Shown here in pieces: positions 19,238 through 28,451 of a stretch of DNA of 64,000 nucleotides. Positions within the stretch are counted from its first letter, which is position 1, and the number at the start of each line of letters is the position of its first letter. The stretch spans positions 31,600-95,599 of the forward strand of contig JBDHAC010000018.1 of assembly GCA_039588275.1 (NCBI GenBank), given 5' to 3'. The notes beneath the pieces are model-generated. The model had not been told where the DNA came from. It ran no database searches and worked only from the letters and a program-made list of their open reading frames with translations. Made by a program: the position numbers and the translations under genes. This DNA comes from Gemmatimonadota bacterium (GTDB lineage Bacteria; Gemmatimonadota; Gemmatimonadetes; Palauibacterales; Palauibacteraceae).

Positions 19238-20035
19238 GTGAGGAAGCTCGCGACCCTCGCCATACTCGCTCTCTTCGCTTGGCTGTTCATCACGTTCACA
19301 TGGGCAACCGCCGCTCACCTGACGGGACTTCCGGGTCCCGCCAAGGCAAGCGCCGCGACGCTCGAGCTGGCCGCACGGGCCGTCACGCTGGCGGATCCCC
19401 CCGGCGCCATCGGCACGCCGCAACGGATGGCGGCGGAGAGTCTCCGGAGGGCCGCACGCATGGCCCAGCGGCTGCACCGTGGCCCCGAGCGCGCCGTGGC
19501 TCGCGTGTTGGACGGCCTCGGACACCGACATTCGCACCACCGGCACTCACTCGCGGGCGCTCGGGTGCGGGCGCCGATCGTGCTGGAATTCGGGGAGTGG
19601 GACGCGGCCTGGCACGAAGGATGGTCCGAAGCACTCCGCGAGCTTCGCGAGAACGAGGCGCTGCTGGAACTGCGGCGCTTGAAGGGGCTCCGGGGGATCG
19701 AGCACTCGTGCTGTGATGCGACTCTGGAGCGCCGCCGGGAAAGCATCGAGCGCAGCCGCGAACAAATAGAGCGCAGCCGCGAGCGGATCACCCGAAGCAT
19801 GGAGCGACTGCAGGAACGGCTCGAGCGCCTTGACGCGGCCGAGCGCAGCGAAGTGTCGGATCGGCTGAAGGAGCGGCTTCGCGACATGCTTCGCGAGTTG
19901 AAGCGAGAGCTCGAGGACCTGCTCGAGGACGACTTCGAGTCGGGAGCCATCATCGAGATCAGCGACAAATCGGCCGATCAGATCCGTATGCTCGCACCGA
20001 CCATCGCGATCAAGATCCGCGAAAAGGGACACTGA
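19238..20035 (+). CDS. Hypothetical membrane-anchored or exported coiled-coil protein
   Basis: GTG start after GGAGA, N-terminal hydrophobic helix, His-rich patch and a long E/R-rich coiled coil ('IERSRE' twice). Confidence 0.6.
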   Translation: MRKLATLAILALFAWLFITFTWATAAHLTGLPGPAKASAATLELAARAVTLADPPGAIGTPQRMAAESLRRAARMAQRLHRGPERAVARVLDGLGHRHSHHRHSLAGARVRAPIVLEFGEWDAAWHEGWSEALRELRENEALLELRRLKGLRGIEHSCCDATLERRRESIERSREQIERSRERITRSMERLQERLERLDAAERSEVSDRLKERLRDMLRELKRELEDLLEDDFESGAIIEISDKSADQIRMLAPTIAIKIREKGH

Positions 20036-20083
20036 CCCCGCGCACAGCCGGCTCGGTCTTCCGAGACATAGGCTACATGAGCT

Positions 20084-20117
20084 AGCGGCCCGACCGGCGG
20101 GAAGCCGGCGGGCCGCT
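20084..20117. terminator. GC-rich hairpin between convergent genes
   Basis: AGCGGCCCG(A)CCGGC-GGGAA-GCCGG-CGGGCCGCT inverted repeat. Confidence 0.5.
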
Positions 20118-20199
20118 GTCACATCTACTTCACATCCACTTCACTCGTTGCCGGTTCACCCTCGGCCGTGTCGGGCGGCGGGATCGACCGCTCGACACG

Positions 20200-21915
20200 C
20201 TAGCGCTCGAAGAGCACCTCTCCGCCCACGATCGTGTACAGCACCTGGGCCCTCGCGACGGCTTCCGCCGGCGCGGTCATGATGTCCGTCGACAGCACTA
20301 CGATGTCGGCCAGCTTGCCGGGCGTGAGCGAGCCCTTGAGGTCCTCCTCGAACGCCGCGTATGCGTTGCTGAGCGTGTAGGAGCGCAGCGCCTGCTCTCG
20401 CGTCATCGAGTTCGCGGGGAAGAAGGCGCTTCCATCGCGGAGCTCGCGCGTCACCGAGCAATGGAAGCTCGGGATGGGGTCGACGTCTTCGACCGGCGCA
20501 TCCGTTCCGTTCGTGACGACGGCACCCGATGCGAGCAGGTCCTGCCACACGTACGCCCCTTGCGCCGCACGCGTCTCCCCGAGGCGCTGGATCACCCACG
20601 GTCCGTCCGAGCAGCCGTGGATAGCCTGCATCGAGGCGATGACACTCAGCTGGGCGAAGCGCGGAATGTCGGCGGGAGCGAGGTGCTGCGAGTGCTCGAT
20701 GCGCCACCTGAGGTCGGTCTGCCCCGGGTTCGCTCGGAAGGTCCGCTCGTACAGATCCAGGACCTCTCGATTGCCGCGGTCACCGATCGCGTGAGTGTTG
20801 ACCTGATATCCGTGACGGATCGCGAGTTGAGACACACGCTCGATGTGCTCAGGCGAGTTGGTGGCGAGGCCGGTGCTGCGCGGCAGGTCCGCGTACGCTT
20901 CGAGAAGCCACGCGCCATGTGATCCGAGCGCGCCATCGACCACCTGCTTGATCGATCGCACCGTGAGACGGTTGTCCGCGTACCCGATCATGTGATAGTC
21001 GGCGAGCTTCTCCTCCATCTCGTCGTACGAGTCGCGAACCATCACGTAAAGTCGAACCGGCATCTCGCCCCGCTCGGCCAGCCCTTTCAGGAAGTCGATC
21101 GTTTCGAACCCGGATCCGGCGTCATGAAAGCTCGTGATGCCCTTCGCCAGCAGGTCCTCGAACGCGAGCCGGGCCATCTCGCGTCTCTCCGCCATTCGCT
21201 CCTCCGGCGTGCGACCCGACTCGGCAGCGGCGCGCGCCCGACCCACCAGCCCCTGGGCCGTTTCGCGGAGCACCCCGGTGGGCTCGCCCGCCATGTCACG
21301 TACGATCTCTCCCCCGTCGGGGTCGGGGGTGTCCGCCGTGATGCCCGCGAGCTCCATCGCTTTCGCGTTCACGAACGACGCGTGCCCGCTCGCGTGCCGC
21401 AAGACGACCGGATTGTCGGCGCTCACGGCGCTGAGCCCATCGTGGACCGGGAGTCCTTCCACGAGCGGGTCGGGCACTTGGTTCCACTTCTCCTGGTGCC
21501 ACCCGCGACCGTCGATCCAGTCCCCGGGCTCCGCTTCCGCCGCGGCATCCGCGACCATCTGGACGATCTCTTCCCAGGACTCTGGCGCCATCAGGTCGAG
21601 GATGAGCTTCGCTCCGCCGATCCCCATGAAGTGCCCGTGCCCCTCGATGAATCCCGGGATCGCCAGGCGACCATCCAGATCGATCACGCGCGTCCCACCG
21701 CCGATGTAGGCGGCGATCTGCGCATCGCTACCCACGGCGGCGATCCGATCCCCGACCACGGCGAGCGCCTGAGCCTCCGGGTTGGCATCGTCCATCGTCA
21801 CGACCTTACCGCCACGCAACACGAGATCCGCCTGCTGACCGAGGGCCGGGATCGCGTTCGCGCCTGCTGCGGACAGCAGTGTGATAACCGAGAACACGAG
21901 GCGTGGTGAAGTCAT
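20200..21915 (-). CDS. Secreted amidohydrolase, YtcJ-like (Amidohydro_3)
   Basis: Signal peptide, 'PGFIEGHGH', 'DGALGSHGA', 'THAIGDRGN', 'RIEHSQ', 'GTDAPVE', 'GKLADIVVL'. Confidence 0.9.
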   Translation of the reverse strand: MTSPRLVFSVITLLSAAGANAIPALGQQADLVLRGGKVVTMDDANPEAQALAVVGDRIAAVGSDAQIAAYIGGGTRVIDLDGRLAIPGFIEGHGHFMGIGGAKLILDLMAPESWEEIVQMVADAAAEAEPGDWIDGRGWHQEKWNQVPDPLVEGLPVHDGLSAVSADNPVVLRHASGHASFVNAKAMELAGITADTPDPDGGEIVRDMAGEPTGVLRETAQGLVGRARAAAESGRTPEERMAERREMARLAFEDLLAKGITSFHDAGSGFETIDFLKGLAERGEMPVRLYVMVRDSYDEMEEKLADYHMIGYADNRLTVRSIKQVVDGALGSHGAWLLEAYADLPRSTGLATNSPEHIERVSQLAIRHGYQVNTHAIGDRGNREVLDLYERTFRANPGQTDLRWRIEHSQHLAPADIPRFAQLSVIASMQAIHGCSDGPWVIQRLGETRAAQGAYVWQDLLASGAVVTNGTDAPVEDVDPIPSFHCSVTRELRDGSAFFPANSMTREQALRSYTLSNAYAAFEEDLKGSLTPGKLADIVVLSTDIMTAPAEAVARAQVLYTIVGGEVLFER

Positions 21916-22121
21916 TACGTCCTCCTGCAGAACTCACACGTTCATGGGCTGAAGAATAGGCGCGACGAGGTCTCGCGACCAGTTGGCAAAGGTGTCTTTC
22001 TCGTCCGAGGGACCGTCTGTAAGTTAGCGCCGATTTACTCGGTGGCTCCCGCGGCGAGGTGGCGGAAGGGCGCGAACGGGCGAGGGCGAGTGAGGGTGCG
22101 GCGGAGACCAGGAGGCTGCCG

Positions 22122-22844
22122 ATGAATCTTTTCCGGCGAACCGGACGGATCCACACAGACGTGAATCACCAACCCTATCGGCGGGGCACACCGCGACACG
22201 ACGTACACGCCGCCGGCCCGCGATGCGCCAGATCACGGGCGGGATACGCCTGGTCCCTCGCCTTCGCGCTGCTCGTCTTGATCGGGACCTCCCGGCCCGC
22301 CGACGCTCAGATCGGGATCGTAGCCGGCTACAACCGGGACGCCTTCCAGGGTCTGGACGTCGCGGAGGCGTTCTCGCTGGAAGACGATCCGAGCGGCTTT
22401 CACCTGGGCATCTTCCTCAACGTGAACGTGGGCCTGCTCGGGATCCGGCCCGCGGTCATCTATCACCGAATCGTGGATGTCGACGTGCGCAGTCCCGAGG
22501 ATGGACTGGACTTCGATCTGGAGATCGTCGAGGTGCCGCTCGATTTTCGGCTCCGGCTGCCGGTGCCCGTGGTGCGTCCCTATCTGCTCGCGGGACCCGT
22601 GTTCATGTTCCCGTCGAGCCCGGATGAATCGATAGACAGCCTGCTTGAAACAGGGCCGAGCCGCATCGACGTCGGACTGGGGTTCGAGTGGACCTTCGGT
22701 TTCCGCCTGTGGCCCGAGGTGCGATACGGATTCGGGATCAATCGATTCATGCAGACGGATTTTCCGCTGACGGGTGCCCCGTTCTCCGCCGACGGTGACG
22801 CGCGCCTCGACGCCCTCATGGTTCGAGTCGGCGTCAGCTTCTGA
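22122..22844 (+). CDS. Small outer-membrane beta-barrel protein (start uncertain)
   Basis: Signal peptide ending 'ADAQ', amphipathic strands and C-terminal 'VRVGVSF' with terminal Phe. Confidence 0.7.
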   Translation: MNLFRRTGRIHTDVNHQPYRRGTPRHDVHAAGPRCARSRAGYAWSLAFALLVLIGTSRPADAQIGIVAGYNRDAFQGLDVAEAFSLEDDPSGFHLGIFLNVNVGLLGIRPAVIYHRIVDVDVRSPEDGLDFDLEIVEVPLDFRLRLPVPVVRPYLLAGPVFMFPSSPDESIDSLLETGPSRIDVGLGFEWTFGFRLWPEVRYGFGINRFMQTDFPLTGAPFSADGDARLDALMVRVGVSF

Positions 22845-22976
22845 CCCCTACGCCCCGGTCGCGCTGCGGGCCGGATTCGCCGGCCGCGCTGGCCCCGAGT
22901 AGTGCGGTAGACCCGTCGACCCACGGACCCGAACAAACCCCGAAACCTTCGCTCCCCGGTCGGGTACCCGGTCGGC

Positions 22977-24077
22977 ATGGAGACGCCACCGCCCCGCCCC
23001 GAGGTCCCACCTACACCCTCGGTCCGGGGGCGTGGGGCCGCTCGGAACCCCGCCAACCGGTTTCTCCCCCTCGCGGTGGAGCGTGAGGCATGGACCATGG
23101 CCGAGCTCACGCCTCCCGGCACCGAGTTGTTCGAGGATCGGTCGCGCTCGGTCATCGCTCGAAACGTCAGCCCGGACGTGGGCTTCGACGCGAGCCTCAA
23201 TCCCTACCGGGGCTGCGAGCACGGTTGTGCGTATTGCTACGCCCGCCCCACACACGAGTACCTCGGATTCTCGGCCGGGCTGGACTTCGAGACGAAGATC
23301 CTCGTCAAATCCGACGCGCCGGAGCTGTTGCGCCAGGAGCTGGCGTCCCAGCGCTGGGAGCCACAGGTCCTGGCGCTGAGCGGGGTCACCGACCCGTATC
23401 AGCCCGTAGAGCGAAAGCTCCGTCTGACGCGTCGGTGTCTCGAGGTGCTGGTCGAGGCCCGCAACCCGGTCATGGTCATCACCAAGAACCACCTGGTGAC
23501 CAGAGACACCGACCTGCTCGAGCGGCTGGCCCGATACGACGCTGCCGGGGTGGGCGTGTCGATCACCACGCTGGATCGGTCCCTCCAGCGACGGATGGAG
23601 CCACGCACATCGTCCCCCGACCGTCGCCTGGCGGCCATCACACGGCTCAGCGAGGCGGGCGTTCCGGTCAGGGTCATGGTGGCACCCGTGATTCCCGGCC
23701 TGACCGACCATGAGCTCCCGGCCATCCTCCGAGCTGCAGCCGCGGCCGGGGCCCATCGCGCCGCTTACATCCTGCTTCGGCTTCCGCTGGCGGTCGGACC
23801 TTTGTTCGAGGATTGGCTCGGTCGCCATTTCCCAGATCGGGTGGACAAGGTCATGAACCGGTTGCGCAGCGTGCACGGCGGGCGCGTCTACGATCCTCGC
23901 TTCGGATCGCGCATGAGGGGGGATGGGCCGTATGCGGACGAGGTCGCGAGGTTGTTCGCGCTCTCGGCGCGGCGGTTCGGGCTTACCCGCCGCTCGGCCA
24001 GTCTGTCGACGGCCGCGTTTCGGCGTCCGTCACTCGGGCCACAGCTGGATCTGTTCGACGAGCCGCGGCGCGGCTGA
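22977..24077 (+). CDS. PA0069-family radical SAM protein (SplB-like, putative DNA repair)
   Basis: 'NPYRGCEHGCAYCYARPTHEY' (CxxxCxxC), 'GLDFETKI', 'TDPYQPVE', and C-terminal QLDLF. Confidence 0.9.
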   Translation: METPPPRPEVPPTPSVRGRGAARNPANRFLPLAVEREAWTMAELTPPGTELFEDRSRSVIARNVSPDVGFDASLNPYRGCEHGCAYCYARPTHEYLGFSAGLDFETKILVKSDAPELLRQELASQRWEPQVLALSGVTDPYQPVERKLRLTRRCLEVLVEARNPVMVITKNHLVTRDTDLLERLARYDAAGVGVSITTLDRSLQRRMEPRTSSPDRRLAAITRLSEAGVPVRVMVAPVIPGLTDHELPAILRAAAAAGAHRAAYILLRLPLAVGPLFEDWLGRHFPDRVDKVMNRLRSVHGGRVYDPRFGSRMRGDGPYADEVARLFALSARRFGLTRRSASLSTAAFRRPSLGPQLDLFDEPRRG

Positions 24078-24093
24078 AGCCCAGGGGGACGGC

Positions 24094-24142
24094 TGAATGC
24101 CCACCGGGTCCGTTGAATGCCGACCGGGTCCGTCGAATGGCC
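24094..24142. repeat. 20-bp imperfect tandem repeat (TGAATGCC[C/G]ACCGGGTCCGT), about 2.4 copies
   Basis: Read directly in the gap between convergent genes. Confidence 0.8.
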
Positions 24143-24195
24143 ACGGGCGACGGAAAAGGCCGCGGCGGGTCGCCCCGCGGATCACTCCCCCCGAT

Positions 24196-24594
24196 TCAGC
24201 ACGTCGAGTGGATCAAGGCCCCCACCGCTGCCGACTCCCGCAGCTCGTTGTAGCGATCCACGGCCTCATCGGTCTCGAGCACGTGCAACTCCACACCCTG
24301 GTCCTCCAGCCATTCCCGGGTGGACGATGGCACGCGCAGCTGCTTTAGCATGCCGCGGGAGAGGACGACCGTCGTGGCACCCCGTTCCAAGAGCTCTTCG
24401 AGGTCCGCCGGCTGCACGCCGGGTCGGTGGTGTGTCCCCGTCTCGTTCCAGTCCCATTCGCGCGCCCCACCGGGGAAGAGCTTCACGTCCCGAAACGGAT
24501 GGTCCGCTCCCTCCACCTCGACGCGACCCCAGGAGATCGCGGTCACGCGGGGAGACGCCGGAGCCGGGGCGGCTTCGCTCGAACCGGGCGTCAT
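24196..24594 (-). CDS. Mth938-like domain protein, AAMDC-like
   Basis: 'DVKLFPGGAREWDWNETGTHH.PGVQPAD', 'SRGM', 'AVDRYNEL' and terminal 'HSTC' match the AAMDC/Mth938 family pattern. Confidence 0.8.
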   Translation of the reverse strand: MTPGSSEAAPAPASPRVTAISWGRVEVEGADHPFRDVKLFPGGAREWDWNETGTHHRPGVQPADLEELLERGATTVVLSRGMLKQLRVPSSTREWLEDQGVELHVLETDEAVDRYNELRESAAVGALIHSTC

Positions 24595-25332
24595 CTATTG
24601 CACCATCACGGCCAACGTGTCGTGGTGATAGGCGATCAGCGTTCTGAGATAGCTCCCGATGCGATCGGCACCCTCGAAGCCGGCAGCGACAGCGGCCCGT
24701 TGCTGCTCGTCTGGGGATGCGGCCGTGGGCTCGGCGAAGTGCTGCAAGTCGTCGTACGCCCCGAGCGTGAACAGGTCCCAGCTCGCCCCACCGGCCCGGG
24801 TGAAGATCAGGTTTTCTGGTCGGCGGATCGCTCCCAGGAACTCGTTCTCCATGCGCCGTTGTTCGAGCAGCGCCTCACGCTTGCCGGGGAGTGCCACGAA
24901 CATCTCGACGTGCAGGAACCCGGCCCCATCGAGTGCATCGTGCACTTGGCCGCTCCCGGGCCCGCGCGCGAGGAGCTCCTCGCGCCAGGCGACCAGTCCA
25001 TCGGGGGCTTCGGTCAACCCGTCGACTCCGCCCGCGACCGAATACGAGGTGGATTCGCCGAGCGGTACGAAGAGCATGAGGTCCCACTGATCACCCTGGC
25101 TGTGCCGGAACAGGTACGGCCGCGCCGTCGACTCGGCCTCATGGACCGCGATCTGACGTTTGTATACTTCGATCAGCTCCAGAAGTCTCCCCGGAGCGGC
25201 ACGAACCAGCAGCACGCGGTACAACGCCGAGTCTGCGGAGGCGTCCGAGGCCGGCCCGACAACGGGAGTGCGCGCGGCGTCCGTGGGGACCGAAGCGGCC
25301 ATGGCGGCCGCGAAGACGAGATGACGGATCAA
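24595..25332 (-). CDS. Exported hypothetical protein, possibly a duplicated NIPSNAP-like alpha+beta barrel
   Basis: Signal peptide and two similar halves ('RAAPGRLLEL...GDQWDL' and 'ALPGKREAL...GASWDL'). It abuts the next gene. Confidence 0.6.
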   Translation of the reverse strand: MIRHLVFAAAMAASVPTDAARTPVVGPASDASADSALYRVLLVRAAPGRLLELIEVYKRQIAVHEAESTARPYLFRHSQGDQWDLMLFVPLGESTSYSVAGGVDGLTEAPDGLVAWREELLARGPGSGQVHDALDGAGFLHVEMFVALPGKREALLEQRRMENEFLGAIRRPENLIFTRAGGASWDLFTLGAYDDLQHFAEPTAASPDEQQRAAVAAGFEGADRIGSYLRTLIAYHHDTLAVMVQ

Positions 25333-25504
25333 GCCTCAACCTCCTTCCAGGAATCCGGTGCTCGGTCGGCGTTCACACGTTTCGGCTATGCGGTAGAGCC
25401 GACCACCTCCTACATTCGGGCCACGTCGGGTGACCACCGTCGCCCTCGGGCCGTGTCGAGCGGCCGCTCACATGCAATATGTCCCTGCACCGAGGTCCAG
25501 ACCA

Positions 25505-26956
25505 ATGACGTACAGCTACCCAGCCGCCGTTTCACGCTCCCGCTCGCACGCGCGGTCGACTCTTCTCGCATTGCTCGCCGGGCTGACCTCGGTCGCCTGC
25601 GCACCGGCCGATGGGGATCCGCCCGAGGGTGAAGCCGCCGCCTCGGAACGAGGACTCCCGGCGGCTGGCGCGGACGTGACCGCGTTCGTGGACGTCCACG
25701 TCATTCCAATGGACTCGGAGCGGATTCTCGAGAGCCAGACGGTGCTCGTGGAAGGCGAGCGGATCGCCGAGATCGGGCCGGCGGACGCGGTCGAGGCCCC
25801 CGCGGGCGCCACGGTGATCGAGGGCCGCGGGCGCTACCTGATTCCCGGTTTGGGCGAGATGCATGCGCACGTCCCGGCCGGGGGCGACGCGGCCGAGGAG
25901 GTGCTGTTCCTGTACCTTTCACAGGGGGTCACGACGGCCCGGGGCATGCTCGGGCAGCCCGAACACCTGGAGCTTCGCGAGCGGCTGGCACGGGGGGAGG
26001 TGATGGGTCCGCGACTGTACACATCCGGCCCCTCGATCAACGGCAACAGCATCCCGAGCGCAGACTCCGCGATACGGGCGGTTCGGCACCAGGCGCAGGC
26101 CGGCTACGACTTCCTCAAGATCCACCCGGGTCCGACTCGCGAGGTGTATGACGCGCTGGTCGAGACGGCTCAGGAGGTCGGGATCCCGTGGGCGGGGCAT
26201 GTGCCGGCCGACGTCGGTCTGCATCGCGCGCTCGAGGCGCGGCAGGCATCCGTGGACCACCTGGACCAGTACATGGAAGCGATCGTGGCGGAGGGCACGG
26301 ACGTCACGAGCTCGCTGTTCTTCGGCGTAAACCTGGCCGGGTATGTCGAAGACTCCAGGATCGAGGAGATCGCCGCGCGGACGGCCGAGGCCGGCGTGTG
26401 GAACGTGCCCACGCAGAGCCTGATCGAGAACGTACTCCTGCCGGACGATCCCGCTGAGATGGCGGCCCGCCCGGAGATGCGGTACATGTCGCCGGAGACG
26501 GTGGCACGATGGGCGGAGCAGAAGACGGGGTTTCTGGAGAACGAGCTGTATTCCGCCGAGCTGGCGCAGCGGTTCGTGGAAGTGCGGCGTCAACTGATCA
26601 AGGCGCTGAGCGATGCGGGCGCACCGATGCTGCTCGGGTCGGATGCGCCTCAGATCTTCCAGGTGCCCGGCTTCTCGATGCTGCACGAGCTCCGGCTGAT
26701 GGTCGCCTCCGGCTTGACTCCGTACGAGGCGCTGCGGGCCGGAACCTACAACGTGGCGCTTTATTTCGACGCGGTGGACGAGTTCGGGACCGTGGAGGAA
26801 GGCAAGGTAGCCGACCTCGTCCTGCTAAATGCGAATCCGTTCGACGACGTGGCCAACGTGGCGCGGCGGGGGGGCGTGATGGTCCGCGGACGCTGGCTGT
26901 CGGCAGACGCGATCGAGGAGCGATTGGAGGCGATCGCAGCATCGCACGGAAACTGA
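25505..26956 (+). CDS. Amidohydrolase-family lipoprotein
   Basis: Lipobox 'SVAC', 'PGLGEMHAH', 'AGHVP', 'VDHL', 'GSDAP', 'GKVADLVLL.ANP'. Confidence 0.85.
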   Translation: MTYSYPAAVSRSRSHARSTLLALLAGLTSVACAPADGDPPEGEAAASERGLPAAGADVTAFVDVHVIPMDSERILESQTVLVEGERIAEIGPADAVEAPAGATVIEGRGRYLIPGLGEMHAHVPAGGDAAEEVLFLYLSQGVTTARGMLGQPEHLELRERLARGEVMGPRLYTSGPSINGNSIPSADSAIRAVRHQAQAGYDFLKIHPGPTREVYDALVETAQEVGIPWAGHVPADVGLHRALEARQASVDHLDQYMEAIVAEGTDVTSSLFFGVNLAGYVEDSRIEEIAARTAEAGVWNVPTQSLIENVLLPDDPAEMAARPEMRYMSPETVARWAEQKTGFLENELYSAELAQRFVEVRRQLIKALSDAGAPMLLGSDAPQIFQVPGFSMLHELRLMVASGLTPYEALRAGTYNVALYFDAVDEFGTVEEGKVADLVLLNANPFDDVANVARRGGVMVRGRWLSADAIEERLEAIAASHGN

Positions 26957-27062
26957 CCGGCTGAGAATGGGAGGAGCGGCGCACCGCGGCTATGCGGGAC
27001 ACGCCGCTCCGTCGTTCTGGTGGGGACGCCCTCCCGGGACGCCCCCGTGGGCTGGCAGTGTG

Positions 27063-28277
27063 TCAGACGCGGGTCTCGACTCGCCCCCGCGGCACCTCGA
27101 CGTCAAACCCGGGCACCTCGATCACCGGTAGCTCGATCGCCGGCATGTCGAAGTGCGGGATCCGGATCTCGGGGATCGAGATCGTCATGTCCTCCCTGTC
27201 GATCCACTCGCCGTCTCCGATCTCGAAGTGCCACTCGAACGGCTCCATCTCGAAGCCTTCGATGTGGATCGGACCGACCTCAAACGCCGGCATCTCGAAG
27301 GGCTCGAGGTGAAAGCTCCAGTGCTCCCCTTCGTGGATGCCTCCGGATTCCCCTTCGTGATCGCCTTCCTGCTGTCGACGCCATTGCGATCGCTCCTCGA
27401 GCTCGACCGTCAGGGTGCGTTCCTGTCGGTCGCGCATGAGCAGGATCGTCGTGGGGCCCGCTTCCTGTTCACTCAAGATCTCGATGAGATCGCCGGGGCC
27501 GTCGACGGCTTCTCCCGCGACCTCGAGGATGACGTCGCCCGCCTGAATCCCCGCCACTTCCGCAGGCGAGTCCTCGACCACCGAAACGACCAGCGCGCCT
27601 TCCTCGACGCCGAAGTACTCGGCCAACTGCTCGCCCAGGTTCTGCACGCTCACTCCCAGCCGTCCGCGGCCGCCCATGAACGACCAGACCCGCGCGTCTC
27701 CAGGTCCCATGATCCGTACATCACCGGGCCCGATGACGTGTACCTCGCCGGGTGTGACGGCGCGGATCCGTTCACGGATATCCTCTCCGAGTCCGCGCAG
27801 CTCGGGGACGGTCGCGATCCGGAGGTTCCCCAACCGACCTGAGCTCTCTCCGAGCTCCACGGAGAGCTCTCGCTCGCTCCCGGCGCGGAAGATTCCGAGT
27901 CGCGCGGTCCTCCCGACGGGAGTCTCACGAACGAGGCGTTGGAGCTGAGCCGCACTCTCGACCCGCTCGCCGTTCCAACGAAGGATCACATCCCCGTCCT
28001 GCATCCCGGCGGACGCGGCCGGCCCATCCTCTACCACGCTCGCGACGTGTACGCCGTACTGGTCGGGAAGTCCGAGCTCCTCGACGAGCTCGTCGTTCAC
28101 ATCCTCGATGCGTACACCCAGATAGGAGCCGCCACCCAGGACGCGCAGGGCACGCACCGCACGCTCCTGATCCGTCTCGCGCTCCTGCGCGGACGCCGTT
28201 CCGAACGTCGTGACCGTGGTCGTCAGCACGCCGACTGCCAGCGCCAGACCCAACGCTCCGATCACTCCTCGCTTCAT
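27063..28277 (-). CDS. Exported tandem-PDZ protein with an acidic, repetitive C-terminal tail and no protease domain
   Basis: Signal peptide and two PDZ units ('YLGVRI...GPAASAGMQDGDVI' and 'RLGVSV...SPAEVAGIQAGDVI'). Confidence 0.85.
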   Translation of the reverse strand: MKRGVIGALGLALAVGVLTTTVTTFGTASAQERETDQERAVRALRVLGGGSYLGVRIEDVNDELVEELGLPDQYGVHVASVVEDGPAASAGMQDGDVILRWNGERVESAAQLQRLVRETPVGRTARLGIFRAGSERELSVELGESSGRLGNLRIATVPELRGLGEDIRERIRAVTPGEVHVIGPGDVRIMGPGDARVWSFMGGRGRLGVSVQNLGEQLAEYFGVEEGALVVSVVEDSPAEVAGIQAGDVILEVAGEAVDGPGDLIEILSEQEAGPTTILLMRDRQERTLTVELEERSQWRRQQEGDHEGESGGIHEGEHWSFHLEPFEMPAFEVGPIHIEGFEMEPFEWHFEIGDGEWIDREDMTISIPEIRIPHFDMPAIELPVIEVPGFDVEVPRGRVETRV

Positions 28278-28364
28278 GCTTTTCCTCCGGGGCCGTGTTC
28301 AACCCGGGCGGCACCGGGCAGGACGTCCACCCTTAGCGCCCGCAAAGATCGCTCTTTCGCCCAT

Positions 28365-28393
28365 TTTGACCTTTACGGCCCTCGCAAGGTTGC
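28365..28393 (-). promoter_or_regulatory. Putative ECF sigma promoter GCAACC-N17-GTCAAA
   Basis: Lies about 90 bp upstream of the PDZ gene, with the same spacing as the other copies. Confidence 0.55.
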
Positions 28394-28451
28394 CCGTCCG
28401 GAGGGCGTCCCGGCAGGTCGTTTCGTACGCTGGGCTGGTCTTCGGCCCGCG

